A DNA stretch of 64,000 nt from Prevotella sp. (GCA_016901395.1 JAEAMQ010000051.1:40614-104613), one strand, 5' to 3'. Positions 25,263 through 36,734 are shown, numbered from the stretch's first letter. Program-made: numbers and translations. Notes: generated from the letters alone by a model not told the origin.

Positions 25263-25462
25263 ATTGTCGGTCCTTATTCCACCAAGAAAAGGCAATGGTG
25301 GTTCGTTTTGATACAAATTCTCGCATGCCCGACCTTCATGAAACAGACAAAGCCACAACCATCTCAATGACGATTGTGGCTTTCGGTCTTTGTCTCCAGA
25401 CACTTCTACCCCTCAGCCTGAGACATCTGGCAGAGAGATAAAGTGAGGTATGGGAGGGGATA

Positions 25463-26509
25463 TTATTTCTTTTGCATCTTGTTTAACTTCAGCAGACGCT
25501 TATATTCCTTCTTTGTAATTCGCATGAACGAGCCATGTTGCGGTGCTGTCACACCCTTAATATCTACCGGATCATGGAAATTGCGAAGGTTTTCATCGGC
25601 TTTGCAGATACGATAATGCTTAGGGTTGTCGCTATACTGGATATAGGCCACGCGCCAAGTCTTGTCACCGATGAGCTGGAAGGCCGATGAGCCTTCACAC
25701 TTCTTGTTGCCCTCGAAGCTCACATAGTCGTGCTCCACGGGTTCGCCCCATCCACTGGTAAGATGGTCTGACGTAGCGGTATAGATGCCGGGATGTCCAC
25801 CTTCTTTCTTGATGAGCATGTGATATTTGCCGTCGGCCAGCAGATTGATGTCGGCATCGATAGTAGCATAGCCCCAATCAAAGAGCAAACGAGGCGTAGT
25901 AATTTTAGTGAAATCCTTGGTGGCATAGCTGTAATACATGCGGTCGTAGCCCTCCTCGGGACTATTGAGCATGGAATAATAGATCATGTAACCACCTTTG
26001 TCTCCATTTTCCCAACGATAGTCGGGGTCCCAGAAAATCTGAGGTGCCCACACACGGTTGATGGTAGACCAATCCTTATAAGGCGACTGTGCTGTAGTGC
26101 CATCACAGAAGATGTTCATTCCCTTACGATAATCGAAGGTGACAGAGGTCCAGTGGATAAGGTCGTCGCTCTTGAGCAGGTCGATACCATAGTTGTCCCA
26201 CTTATGACTCTTGGCGACACACATATCTGTAGTCACCATGATATAGCCCTTGCCATTCCATGCACGGGTGATATAAGCATCACGTGTGCCGCCCTCGATG
26301 CGGGCATGTTCCTTGGGATCGAAGATGGCATTGCCCCCGAGAATGTCCTCATAATTGTATCCGTCACGGCTTACGGCATAGGCAGTGTACTCACCGCGGT
26401 CGCTCATGTGGCAATAGAGGTAACCGTAAGTGCCCTTCTCAAAATTCTGGGCAGATACACTGAGGGTTGCCGTAGCAGCAAAAAGGATAGCGAATAGTTG
26501 TCTTTTCAT
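25463..26509 (-). CDS. GH43-like five-bladed beta-propeller glycoside hydrolase, secreted
   Basis: Signal peptide. The motifs GGTRDAYITR, VWAPQIFWDP and CEGSSAFQL resemble the Asp/Asp/Glu contexts of GH43. Confidence 0.55.
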   Translation of the reverse strand: MKRQLFAILFAATATLSVSAQNFEKGTYGYLYCHMSDRGEYTAYAVSRDGYNYEDILGGNAIFDPKEHARIEGGTRDAYITRAWNGKGYIMVTTDMCVAKSHKWDNYGIDLLKSDDLIHWTSVTFDYRKGMNIFCDGTTAQSPYKDWSTINRVWAPQIFWDPDYRWENGDKGGYMIYYSMLNSPEEGYDRMYYSYATKDFTKITTPRLLFDWGYATIDADINLLADGKYHMLIKKEGGHPGIYTATSDHLTSGWGEPVEHDYVSFEGNKKCEGSSAFQLIGDKTWRVAYIQYSDNPKHYRICKADENLRNFHDPVDIKGVTAPQHGSFMRITKKEYKRLLKLNKMQKK

Positions 26510-26711
26510 TTTGTTGTTGGTTATTGATAAATATTGAATTGTTGCCGAGATATAAGATAAAAAAAGTCAAAAGAGGGAAAAGAAGGAGCGGAGAGGCTGA
26601 AAGAGGCTACGCACTTTTATACCAGATTCCGATTTTAAGTTTTAGCACCGGGCTACGTCTCACGCTTATTTAAAGAGTTATGGTATGCTCTCTTTTAAGT
26701 ATTCCATAATG

Positions 26712-27695
26712 TCAGCAAGACCGTTCCAGTCCTTTTTTCCTATAAATCCAGATTTCTACGGAATTGATGATGTTCTGCCACAGGATATAGCAGCCCGGCC
26801 CTACTGATGACAATGGATTGAGAAAAGCTGTGGCTACCCAGATGGCGAAGGCCGTATTCTTCTGTCCAAGGCTCTGCCCTGCCTCAATGGTCTTGTCGAA
26901 ATAATGGCCGATAAAGCGTCCGGTGGCAAACTGAATGATGCAAAGTAGAAGACCTAAAGCGGCAATGGATAAAAGAAAAACAAGTGACGTGTGCTCCCAA
27001 GCCTCAAGGATGTTCATTGCTGTAGTGCCCGTGACAACCACTAAGGATGCTCCCCAAAGATAATAACTCAAGTCTTTAATACCGACAATCCATCGATGAA
27101 ACTGATGGAAAACATGCTTCACCACGTATGCAAAGAGCATAGGGAGAAGAAGAACGACTCCCACCTGCCAGAGGATTTTCAAGAAAAGAGGCATAAACTC
27201 CACTTGCATCAAAGTAGAATTGGCTTGAGGCAAGAGGGGGAAACAAATCGGAATGAGCAGTGCCGAGATAAAGTTGGAGACAAACGTATAGGTGGTCATC
27301 TCCTCCAAGGAGCCGCCGAGTTTGGCTGTAACCACCGCAGCAGCAGAGGCTGCCGGACTGATAATGCATACCAGAATGGCCTCCAGCATGATGAGTCCCT
27401 TGCCCGTGATCTCAAAACCGAGAATGATACCAAGCAGCGCAAAGATAAACACCACCTGCTGGATTCCTATCCACAGATGCCATTTCACCGGCAACAGTCG
27501 CTTGAAGTCAACCTTGCAGAAGGTGACAAAAAGCACAAGAAACATGAAATCAGGCAATACATTATCGTTGTATGGGGCATACCATTGGCCAATGGGCTGC
27601 AGGAAGGGTACGAAATGGAACAACAGATAGACCACAACACCAGTGACTATGGCCACCGGCAATGTCCAATTCTTGATAAATCTTACAACGTCCAT
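26712..27695 (-). CDS. Bile acid:sodium symporter (BASS/SBF-like) family transporter
   Basis: About 9-10 TM segments, with a sequence pattern resembling SBF-like transporters. The track start at 27740 is TTG. ATG at 27695 (MDVVRFIKNW) lies downstream of the -7 box. Confidence 0.5.
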   Translation of the reverse strand: MDVVRFIKNWTLPVAIVTGVVVYLLFHFVPFLQPIGQWYAPYNDNVLPDFMFLVLFVTFCKVDFKRLLPVKWHLWIGIQQVVFIFALLGIILGFEITGKGLIMLEAILVCIISPAASAAAVVTAKLGGSLEEMTTYTFVSNFISALLIPICFPLLPQANSTLMQVEFMPLFLKILWQVGVVLLLPMLFAYVVKHVFHQFHRWIVGIKDLSYYLWGASLVVVTGTTAMNILEAWEHTSLVFLLSIAALGLLLCIIQFATGRFIGHYFDKTIEAGQSLGQKNTAFAIWVATAFLNPLSSVGPGCYILWQNIINSVEIWIYRKKGLERSC

Positions 27696-27756
27696 GCGAT
27701 TGATTGATGAATGGTTACAACGTAAGGAATAAACGAACAAATCATTCCCTCATTTG

Positions 27757-27764
27757 CAAAATTA
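27757..27764 (-). promoter_or_regulatory. -7 box TAATTTTG (minus strand) for the transporter gene
   Basis: Matches TAnnTTTG, about 62 nt upstream of the ATG at 27695. Confidence 0.5.
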
Positions 27765-27809
27765 CACATTATTTCGCAAACGGTCAAATAAAAACGGCTG
27801 TAAACAAAC

Positions 27810-27846
27810 AAAAAAAAGGCGGTATCAGACACAACCAGATACCGCC
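27810..27846 (-). terminator. Rho-independent terminator of the OMP gene
   Basis: On the minus strand GGCGGTATC-11 nt-GATACCGCC is followed by TTTTTTTT, 7 nt after the stop at 27853. Confidence 0.8.
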
Positions 27847-27852
27847 AGTACA

Positions 27853-28608
27853 TTATAATATTCGTCCGACGATAGAGAGTTTCATCACAGGATATATGCG
27901 AATCTTATCTACAATCTTGGAAAAATCATCGTCATTGCTTTCAGCATTGTCCATTTGGACCTCCTGATTATTCTGCATCACTTTAACCTTGCCATGAAAT
28001 TGACATCCTAATTCAAAGCGAGCTCCCACACGATGCTTGGGTATCAAACGTCCGAATCCAAGTCCGACATAGGGCCTGACACCTTTTACATCTAAGGTAC
28101 CATCCACATCGCCGTTCTCATCAAAAGCTATATTGTACTTACCAACTGATGCCACAAAATCACCTTGCTTATTCGGATAGGCAGCAAGATATGCTTCTAC
28201 ATCAGGGCTGTGACCATGTAGCTTGGCCAAGGTTTTACCACCAAACGAAAGACCTGTAGCCACAAAAAAAGTGCTATGGCTGCCGAATGGATAGCAGTTC
28301 ACCTTGAAATCAAAGGTGGTACGAGCAAAATTTCCCTTAACATCTACATCGCCGATAGAGATATTAGAACTCGAGGTGTAGATGGACTGCACATCAACTG
28401 TACCCTTTACATTGATTTTAGGCACAATGTTCAATCCCATACTCATCTCCAAATAGGGAGTTAACGGGGTGGCAATTCCTACAGTAACACCTTCTGTACC
28501 TACACCCAAATTAGCACCAACCCTATTAAAAATACCATAAAAATTCTCCTGCGCTGATACTTGAAGCATATTCAGCAAGAACAGGCATAATACAACAAGA
28601 TGTTTCAT
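27853..28608 (-). CDS. Outer-membrane beta-barrel protein (OmpW/porin-like small barrel)
   Basis: Signal peptide ...LQVSAQE, alternating hydrophobic beta-strand pattern and an aromatic-rich C-terminal strand. The gene looks AT-rich. Confidence 0.6.
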   Translation of the reverse strand: MKHLVVLCLFLLNMLQVSAQENFYGIFNRVGANLGVGTEGVTVGIATPLTPYLEMSMGLNIVPKINVKGTVDVQSIYTSSSNISIGDVDVKGNFARTTFDFKVNCYPFGSHSTFFVATGLSFGGKTLAKLHGHSPDVEAYLAAYPNKQGDFVASVGKYNIAFDENGDVDGTLDVKGVRPYVGLGFGRLIPKHRVGARFELGCQFHGKVKVMQNNQEVQMDNAESNDDDFSKIVDKIRIYPVMKLSIVGRIL

Positions 28609-28832
28609 TTTGATTAGCTTATGTGATAAAAAAGTGAAAAATGCATTTATTTATGTAAAGATAAGTAAATAAATAGAACTAAAGAAGGTCTTTTACGTTT
28701 ATTTAACATGAATTTGTTTATTTGTTCCTTACAAAGAATACCGCCTTTGTCATCACGAAGGAAGGCAAAGGCGATATCCGTAAACACACCTACGAGAAGG
28801 TATGGAAAGGTGGAAGATAGGTCTGACAAGTA

Positions 28833-30269
28833 TTATTGCATGACACCAATCCACCTTAATATATCATTAAGATTGGCCACCACCATGAGCAATATCAATA
28901 TGGTGATACCCACATACTCGGCTCTAATCATGAAGTTTTCTGATGGTTTACGTCGTGTCACCATCTCATAGATGAGGAAAAGCACATGTCCACCGTCGAG
29001 TGCGGGGATAGGCAGGATGTTCATGAAGGCCAGGATGATGCTCAGGAAAGCGGTCATCTTCCAGAACATATACCAGTCCCAGGTCGACGGGAAGAGGTTG
29101 CCGATAGAGCCAAAACCACCGAGACTCTTCGCGCCGTCGGCCGTAAAGACATACTTCATGTCGCTCACGTAGCCAGCAAGCACGCTCCATCCATACTTAA
29201 TACCGGCAGGGAAGCTCTGCAGGAAACCGTAGTTGATGTGGGTGGTCTTGTCCTGATACAGCGCCATGAAGCTCGCCGTGCGGACGCCCAACTTCACATT
29301 CTCGGTCAGAGTGGTCTTCAGGGTGTCTATCTTGGAAGTACCGGCCTTAGCCACGGTGATGGTGATGGTGCGGAGTTTCAGGCTGTCGGCGTGGGTCTTC
29401 ACAGCCGAAAGCTCGTCTTCGATGCGCCCAAGCTCGGTGGTAAACTCATTGTAGGAGTCGATGGCCTTGTCGTTGAACGAGAGGATTTTGTCGCCCTTCT
29501 GCAGTCCAATCTGACTGGCGGGCGAGACGATGGAGTCTTTGCTGCCCTCGGCGACGGCCATGCGCAGGGGCACAGAGTCTATGACAGCCGGGATGAAGGG
29601 GGCCACAAACTTGGGGTCCGACTTCAGCATGTCGAGCAGATTAACATGACCGGGGAGCGCCACGCGCACCTTCTTGCCTCCACGGATGACGTCGGCATAC
29701 TGGGCCTCGGAGAGGTCACGGTAGACGTCGACATTGAAATCGCGGAACGTGCCGCGGTCGGTGCCGAGGAGAATATCATGGTCCTGGAAGCCGAGTTTCT
29801 TGGCTTCGGTGTTAAACTTCATACCCATCGTCATGTCCTTCATGGCGATATAGCTCTCGCCCCAGTGGAACATGATCATCGAGTAGATAAAGAGGGCCAG
29901 GATAAAGTTAACCACCACGCCGGCCACCATGATGATAAGTCGCTGCCAGGCGGGTTTGGTGCGGAACTCCCAGGGCTGTGGGTCGCGCTTCATCTGTTCG
30001 GTATCCATGCTTTCATCGATCATTCCCGATATCTTGCAATAACCTCCGAGGGGCAGCCATCCGAGTCCATATTCGGTCTCACTGCCCTTGGGTTTGAACT
30101 TAAAGAGTTTGCCACTCCACTTGCCCACGGTGACATCGAAGAACACGAAGAACTTCTCCACCCTCACGCCGAATATTTTGGACGCGAGCGCATGACCGCC
30201 CTCGTGGAGCAGCACCAGCAGGGATATCGACAGGATAAACTGAAGGAGTTTGATGATAAATATTTCCAT
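28833..30269 (-). CDS. rseP: RIP metalloprotease RseP (site-2 protease)
   Basis: HEGGHAL zinc motif in TM1, a PDZ-containing middle region and a C-terminal NILPIPALDGG motif. Confidence 0.9.
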   Translation of the reverse strand: MEIFIIKLLQFILSISLLVLLHEGGHALASKIFGVRVEKFFVFFDVTVGKWSGKLFKFKPKGSETEYGLGWLPLGGYCKISGMIDESMDTEQMKRDPQPWEFRTKPAWQRLIIMVAGVVVNFILALFIYSMIMFHWGESYIAMKDMTMGMKFNTEAKKLGFQDHDILLGTDRGTFRDFNVDVYRDLSEAQYADVIRGGKKVRVALPGHVNLLDMLKSDPKFVAPFIPAVIDSVPLRMAVAEGSKDSIVSPASQIGLQKGDKILSFNDKAIDSYNEFTTELGRIEDELSAVKTHADSLKLRTITITVAKAGTSKIDTLKTTLTENVKLGVRTASFMALYQDKTTHINYGFLQSFPAGIKYGWSVLAGYVSDMKYVFTADGAKSLGGFGSIGNLFPSTWDWYMFWKMTAFLSIILAFMNILPIPALDGGHVLFLIYEMVTRRKPSENFMIRAEYVGITILILLMVVANLNDILRWIGVMQ

Positions 30270-30290
30270 TGTTTTAAATTTACTTTTCCC

Positions 30291-30483
30291 GGCCTCTCCC
30301 CCAACCCCTCCCCCGCAGGGAAGGGAGTAATCGCCATCAAGGCGTTTCTACAGGATGGGTATGGCCTATTGATATTTTCCTCTACTTATCTGTCCTTTCT
30401 CATTCTTCATTTTCATTCGTTTGAAACTGAGGCTTGGACATTTTATTCCCCTCCCTACGGGGGAGGGGTTAGGGGAGAGGCTC
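30291..30483. repeat. Inverted pair of G/C palindromic REP-like elements flanking about 110 bp (MITE-like unit)
   Basis: The left copy is GGCCTCTCCCCCAACCCCTCCCCCGCAGGGAAGGGAG (30291-30333). The right copy is ATTCCCCTCCCTACGGGGGAGGGGTTAGGGGAGAGGCTC (30445-30483), in the opposite orientation. Confidence 0.85.
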
Positions 30484-31644
<1,161 letters not shown>

Positions 31645-31680
31645 TGCTATATTTTCTTTTGCGGATGTCGGCGTGGCGGA

Positions 31681-32202
31681 TCAGAGATCGAGCAGTCCGT
31701 CGGGAATCTCCATCGTGATGACGCGCTGTCGTTTGTCCACATCAGTAATCATATCGTCGCTTGCGGGGATGAGCAAGTCGTTGCCCTCGCCCGTCTTTAC
31801 CTCAAAGAGCGTGTTGACGGTGGAGTCGTCTACATGGACGATGGTGCCCACCGTCTGCTGCGAGACGGCATCCATCACCTGATAACCCACGATTTCCGAC
31901 CATGTGAGATGGTCTTCGTCGGCCTCGGCATGCACCCTCGGGAAATAGACATCGCAGCCCGTCAGCTCTCTGGCGCGGTCTTCGGTGTCGATGTCCTCAA
32001 ACTTCATCAGGGCGAGTTCATCGCTCCGGAAGCGGTACTCCTCCATGAAAAACGGAACGAGGATGCCGTCAATCTCCAATATGAGATAGTCGGCATCCAC
32101 CTGGTCGAAGATATCGTCGTTGAACTGGAACGTCACTTCGCCCCTCACGCCATGCGGTTTTCCAAGGCGTCCTATCTTGTAAACGTCTTCCTTTCTAATC
32201 AT
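31681..32202 (-). CDS. rimM: 16S rRNA processing protein RimM
   Basis: IGRLGKPHGVRGEV signature. ATG at 32202 (MIRKEDVYKIG) is preferred over the track's GTG at 32223, and it overlaps the murA stop by 8 nt. Confidence 0.8.
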   Translation of the reverse strand: MIRKEDVYKIGRLGKPHGVRGEVTFQFNDDIFDQVDADYLILEIDGILVPFFMEEYRFRSDELALMKFEDIDTEDRARELTGCDVYFPRVHAEADEDHLTWSEIVGYQVMDAVSQQTVGTIVHVDDSTVNTLFEVKTGEGNDLLIPASDDMITDVDKRQRVITMEIPDGLLDL

Positions 32203-33505
32203 CCACGCGCTGAATCTTGGCACCGAGGTTGTTCAATCGCTGTTCGATATCCTGATAGCCTCGGTCTATCTGGGCGATGTTTGCAATACGGCTCACCCCG
32301 TCGGCACTCATTGCTGCGATGAGCAGGGCAATGCCGGCGCGGATATCCGGACTCGTCATGCGGCCGGCACGGAGTGTGATTCGGTGGTCCTGACCGACGA
32401 CAACGGCCCGGTGTGGGTCACAAAGGATGATCTGTGCACCCATGTCTATAAGCTTGTCGACAAAGAAAAGGCGACTCTCAAACATCTTCTGGTGGATGAG
32501 AACAGAGCCTCGGGCCTGTGTCGCCACTACCAGAAGCACCGACAAAAGGTCTGGCGTGAGGCCGGGCCAAGGTGCGTCTGCGAGGGTCATGATGGTGCCA
32601 TCGATAAACGAATCGATAACATAATGGTTCTGGTGGGGAATGAAAATGTCGTCGCCTTCGACCTTGATTTTCACGCCAAGTCGGCGGAATGCGTCAGGGA
32701 TGACACCCAGATCCTTGAGCGACACGTCCTTAATCCTGACGCCACTGCCTACCATGGCGGCCATGCCAATGAACGAACCCACCTCAATCATATCAGGCAA
32801 CAGTCTGTGGTTGGCACCGTGAAGCGACTTCACTCCGACAATAGTGAGCAGGTTACTGCCTATTCCACTGATGTTGGCTCCCATCGCATTGAGGAGGTGG
32901 CAGAGCTGTTGGATATAGGGTTCGCAGGCTGCATTATAGATGGTAGAGACACCTTTGGCCATCACTGCGGCCATCACGATGTTGGCCGTACCCGTCACCG
33001 ATGCCTCGTCGAGCAACATATAAGCACCCTTAAGATGCTTGGCCTGTATCTGATAAACATCGCGTTCCTCGTCGCGCATGAAGTTGGCCCCGAGTGATTT
33101 AAAACCCAAGAAATGGGTATCGAGGCGTCGGCGGCCTATCTTATCGCCGCCGGGCTTAGCTACTGTGGCCTTGCCATAACGACCAAGCAGGGGACCAATC
33201 ATCAGGACGGAGCCGCGCAGGGATGAGCATTTCTCCACAAACTCGATGCTGTCGAGGTATTCGAGGTTCAGCTCGTCGGCCTGGAAGGTGTAGTCGTTGC
33301 GACTGTTGCGTGTCACTTTCACGCCAATATCCGTGAGCAACTTGATGAGATTGTTCACATCGAGGATATCCGGCACATTGGTAATCCGCACCGGTTCTTC
33401 TGTCAACAGTGTGGCGCAAATCACCTCAAGTGCCTCATTCTTGGCTCCCTGCGGTGTGATGGTTCCGCATAATTGGTGTCCGCCTTCGATAATGAATGAC
33501 TCCAT
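32195..33505 (-). CDS. murA: UDP-N-acetylglucosamine 1-carboxyvinyltransferase
   Basis: A 436-aa protein. GAKNEAL, the GGDKIGRRRLDTH context and a colinear MurA pattern. Confidence 0.95.
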   Translation of the reverse strand: MESFIIEGGHQLCGTITPQGAKNEALEVICATLLTEEPVRITNVPDILDVNNLIKLLTDIGVKVTRNSRNDYTFQADELNLEYLDSIEFVEKCSSLRGSVLMIGPLLGRYGKATVAKPGGDKIGRRRLDTHFLGFKSLGANFMRDEERDVYQIQAKHLKGAYMLLDEASVTGTANIVMAAVMAKGVSTIYNAACEPYIQQLCHLLNAMGANISGIGSNLLTIVGVKSLHGANHRLLPDMIEVGSFIGMAAMVGSGVRIKDVSLKDLGVIPDAFRRLGVKIKVEGDDIFIPHQNHYVIDSFIDGTIMTLADAPWPGLTPDLLSVLLVVATQARGSVLIHQKMFESRLFFVDKLIDMGAQIILCDPHRAVVVGQDHRITLRAGRMTSPDIRAGIALLIAAMSADGVSRIANIAQIDRGYQDIEQRLNNLGAKIQRVDD

Positions 33506-33507
33506 GC

Positions 33508-34098
33508 CTATCTTCTTTTACGCTTTTTCTCGGTTTCCTGGGCCACGATCTTGTCAAACTTGAACTTCGCAAGGTCAAGCTGTATCTTGCCATCGGTGTA
33601 TCGGGCGAGGTCATCGGCCACCTTTTCATCACTGTATCCATGACTCCACTGCATGAGGTCGCGCTTCATCTGGTTGGCGGCGAGCCTCACCAGAGCGTCC
33701 TGCTCCTTGCCGGCGGGCATGGTCTTGAGCTTCTCAAAGATATCGAAGAGCATACGACCATAGTGGCGCACGGGTATGCGCTGCATGGGATAGCCCATCG
33801 GTTCGGGCTTGGTGCTCATCGTCTTGGCCTGTGAAACGTCGAAGGGCCAGTCGATGTCGAGTTTGAAATCGCTCATCAATGCGAGATGATCCCATAGCTT
33901 CTGCTTGTAGTCAGCACTCTCCTTGATCTGCGGGAACATGCGTTCCATGGTGACAATGATGGTTTCGGCACAACGCTGGCGCTCGGCCTTGTCGGGCAAA
34001 GAGAGGGCATGATTTACCATATTCTGTACTTCGCGGCCATACTCGGGCAGCACAAGACTCTCACGCTGAGTGTTATAATCTAATCCGTCTATGTTCAT
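33508..34098 (-). CDS. DUF4290 domain protein
   Basis: YNTQRESLVLPEYGREVQNMV... is typical of the DUF4290 gene found upstream of murA in Bacteroidota. The track's N-terminal extension reads through a repeat element; ATG at 34098 is used. Confidence 0.7.
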   Translation of the reverse strand: MNIDGLDYNTQRESLVLPEYGREVQNMVNHALSLPDKAERQRCAETIIVTMERMFPQIKESADYKQKLWDHLALMSDFKLDIDWPFDVSQAKTMSTKPEPMGYPMQRIPVRHYGRMLFDIFEKLKTMPAGKEQDALVRLAANQMKRDLMQWSHGYSDEKVADDLARYTDGKIQLDLAKFKFDKIVAQETEKKRKRR

Positions 34099-34108
34099 AA
34101 TTGACAAT

Positions 34109-34340
34109 GGGGAGCCTCCCCCGACCCCTCCAGTGGGAGGGGAGTGCCATCCGGGAGGCACGGCACTTGATATGAGAAAAACTTTTTCGCAGGACTCTCA
34201 TCCTCTCGTCGAGAAACCGATGAAGGTCAACAGAAGACCCAGAGCAGGTCAGCAGTAGACTGAGAAAGGTCATCCGAAGACCCGGAGAAGTCGTCCCGCA
34301 TGACATTCCCCTCCTTTGGAGGGGTTAGGGAGAGGCCTCC
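34109..34340. repeat. Inverted pair of G/C palindromic REP-like elements flanking about 155 bp (MITE-like unit)
   Basis: The left copy is GGGGAGCCTCCCCCGACCCCTCCAGTGGGAGGGGAGTGCC (34109-34148). The right copy is CATTCCCCTCCTTTGGAGGGGTTAGGGAGAGGCCTCC (34304-34340), which abuts the tsaB stop. Confidence 0.85.
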
Positions 34341-35033
34341 TTACAGCAACTTCCTCGGCTGCTTGGCCACGAAATCCTTGAGGTAGAACGGCACGAAATA
34401 GGCCACATCCTCAAACTGTTCGCGTGCCATGCGCTTCTCAGCCAGTGGCATCATGCTCTTGGCGAGCGGCTCAATGCCTTCGATGAAGTGGGCATTGGGA
34501 TGATTGATGGTCTCCTTACATTTCATGGCACCATTGCCAAAGAAGTAGACCGGTTGCTTATCGAGAAACTCCTTATAGGTCTCTGCGTCGACCACATCGG
34601 CGTGGATGGGTCGTATTTCCTTCAACGAACGGTCGAAAATCTGGGCATATACCTCCATGCGGCGGGCATCGAGCATCGGGCAGAGCAATGCGTTCTCCTC
34701 GGCAATCTTCTCCTGAAGCAACACGGGAGTACACATCAGCTCGAGCGTCGGCACGGCAATGAGCTTCACGCCACGGCCATAGCAGATACCCTTGGCCATC
34801 GACACGCCGATGCGAAGGCCCGTATAGGAACCCGGTCCACAACTCACGGCCACCGCGTCGAGGGGAATGGCGTGGTTGTCGACAAATGAAAGAGCCTCGT
34901 CAACAAACGTTCCAAGCTGCTCAGCATGATTAGGGCCGGTATGGTCTTCAAGCTCAAAGATACACCCGCCATCCTCGCTGACGGCCACGGAACACACGTT
35001 GGTGCTCGTTTCAATATGCAATATGCAAGACAT
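34341..35033 (-). CDS. tsaB: tRNA threonylcarbamoyladenosine biosynthesis protein TsaB
   Basis: ILHIETSTNVCSVAV...GPGSYTGLRIG. ATG at 35033 (MSCILHIETS); the track start is TTG at 35117. Confidence 0.85.
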   Translation of the reverse strand: MSCILHIETSTNVCSVAVSEDGGCIFELEDHTGPNHAEQLGTFVDEALSFVDNHAIPLDAVAVSCGPGSYTGLRIGVSMAKGICYGRGVKLIAVPTLELMCTPVLLQEKIAEENALLCPMLDARRMEVYAQIFDRSLKEIRPIHADVVDAETYKEFLDKQPVYFFGNGAMKCKETINHPNAHFIEGIEPLAKSMMPLAEKRMAREQFEDVAYFVPFYLKDFVAKQPRKLL

Positions 35034-35075
35034 ATTCTTTCTGAATGCTTTAAAATTATTAATCTTAATAAAATG

Positions 35076-35083
35076 CAAATTTA
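35076..35083 (-). promoter_or_regulatory. -7 box TAAATTTG (minus strand) for tsaB
   Basis: Matches TAnnTTTG, about 43 nt upstream of the ATG at 35033. Confidence 0.5.
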
Positions 35084-35106
35084 CTCTTTTTTCCCGCAAT
35101 TCTTTG

Positions 35107-35114
35107 TACTTTTG
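35107..35114 (+). promoter_or_regulatory. -7 box TACTTTTG for yicC
   Basis: Matches TAnnTTTG, 24 nt upstream of the ATG at 35138. Confidence 0.55.
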
Positions 35115-35137
35115 CAAAAATTTAACTGAAAGAAGCT

Positions 35138-36013
35138 ATGATACAATCCATGACAGGTTACGGCAAGTCGGTTGTAGCCTACAAAGAGAAGAAAATCAAT
35201 GTTGAGATCAAGTCACTAAATAGCAAGACCTTAGACCTTTCCACCCGCATTGCTCCGCTCTATCGGGAGAAAGAGATGGAAATGCGACAGGTGCTCGCTT
35301 CGGCCCTCGTCCGTGGAAAAATAGACTTCTCTATCTGGATTGAAAAAGACTCGTTGGTGGATGCCACACCCATCAACGCCGCACTGGTAGACAACTACTA
35401 CCAGCAAATCAAGACCATCTCCGCCCAGACGGGCATCCCCGAGCCGACCGATTGGTATGGCACTCTGCTGCGCATGCCCGACGTTTTGCTGAAGACCGAC
35501 ATCGAAAACCTCGACGACGAGGAATGGAAAGCGGCCCGCGAAGCCATCGACATGGCCATCGACGAACTGCTCGACTTCCGCCGTCAGGAGGGTGCGGCAC
35601 TGGAGAAGAAGTTCCACGAGAAAATAGACAACATCGAGGCTCTGCTCCATTCGATAGAGCCTTTCGAGGCCAGCCGTGTGCCGAAGATCAAGGAACAGAT
35701 CATCAAGGGCCTCGAACAGATACCCGAGGCCGAATACAGTAAGAACCGACTGGAGCAGGAACTCATCTATTACATCGAGAAACTGGATATCAATGAGGAG
35801 AAACAGCGCCTCGCCAACCACCTGAAATACTTCCGAGAGACAATGGCCGAAGACCAGCCTGTGGGTAAGAAATTAGGTTTTATCGCGCAGGAAATGGGTC
35901 GTGAGATCAACACCACTGGCTCGAAGAGCAACCAGGCAGAGATGCAGAATATCGTGGTGAAGATGAAGGACGAGTTGGAACAGATTAAGGAACAGGTGCT
36001 GAATGCGCTGTAA
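35138..36013 (+). CDS. yicC: YicC family stress-induced protein
   Basis: The MIQSMTGYGKS N-terminus and the C-terminal EINTTGSKSN motif are typical of YicC. Confidence 0.9.
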   Translation: MIQSMTGYGKSVVAYKEKKINVEIKSLNSKTLDLSTRIAPLYREKEMEMRQVLASALVRGKIDFSIWIEKDSLVDATPINAALVDNYYQQIKTISAQTGIPEPTDWYGTLLRMPDVLLKTDIENLDDEEWKAAREAIDMAIDELLDFRRQEGAALEKKFHEKIDNIEALLHSIEPFEASRVPKIKEQIIKGLEQIPEAEYSKNRLEQELIYYIEKLDINEEKQRLANHLKYFRETMAEDQPVGKKLGFIAQEMGREINTTGSKSNQAEMQNIVVKMKDELEQIKEQVLNAL

Positions 36014-36016
36014 AAA

Positions 36017-36050
36017 GCCCTCCCCGCCCTCCCAATAGGGAGGGAGAATG
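36017..36050. repeat. Single copy of the G/C palindromic REP-like element
   Basis: GCCCTCCCCGCCCTCCCAATAGGGAGGGAGAATG lies directly after the yicC stop. Confidence 0.75.
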
Positions 36051-36082
36051 AAATGTTTCAAGAATAGATTAGAAAGAGATTT

Positions 36083-36715
36083 ATGCAAGAAAAGAATACT
36101 GAAAATATTGCATGCGGATGCGGCACCAACGACAAATCAGTGAAAAGTGCCAAACTCATCATCTTCAGCGCACCGAGCGGAAGCGGGAAAAGCACCATCG
36201 TGAACTATCTCATGAAGGAGCATCCGGAGCTGAAGCTGGCATTCTCCATATCGTGCACCAGCCGCGCGCCGCGAGGAACGGAGCAGAACGGCGTGGAATA
36301 CTTCTTTTTGTCGCCCGAGGAATTCAGGGCGAAGATTGCCGCAGGCGAGTTTCTCGAATACGAGGAGGTCTATCCCGACCGCTTCTACGGCACGCTGAAA
36401 CAGCAGGTGGAAGACCAGTGCGAGGCCGGACAAAACGTGGTGTTCGATGTCGATGTCAAAGGCGGATGCAACATTAAGAAGTATTACGGCGACCGCGCGC
36501 TGAGCCTGTTCATACAGCCTCCCTCGATCGACGAGCTGCGCCGACGCCTCGAAGGACGTGCCACCGACGCGCCGGAAGTCATCGAACAGCGGTTGGCCAA
36601 GGCATCCTACGAGCTCACTTTCGCCGACCAGTTTGACCAAATCATTGTTAACGACGACCTCGCCACGGCCAAAACCGAGGCCCTGAAAATCGTCAGCGAC
36701 TTCTTAGGAGTATAA
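36083..36715 (+). CDS. gmk: Guanylate kinase
   Basis: P-loop SAPSGSGKST and the TSRAPRGTEQNGVEYFF motif. Confidence 0.9.
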   Translation: MQEKNTENIACGCGTNDKSVKSAKLIIFSAPSGSGKSTIVNYLMKEHPELKLAFSISCTSRAPRGTEQNGVEYFFLSPEEFRAKIAAGEFLEYEEVYPDRFYGTLKQQVEDQCEAGQNVVFDVDVKGGCNIKKYYGDRALSLFIQPPSIDELRRRLEGRATDAPEVIEQRLAKASYELTFADQFDQIIVNDDLATAKTEALKIVSDFLGV

Positions 36716-36734
36716 CCCCACAACCCCACCGCCC

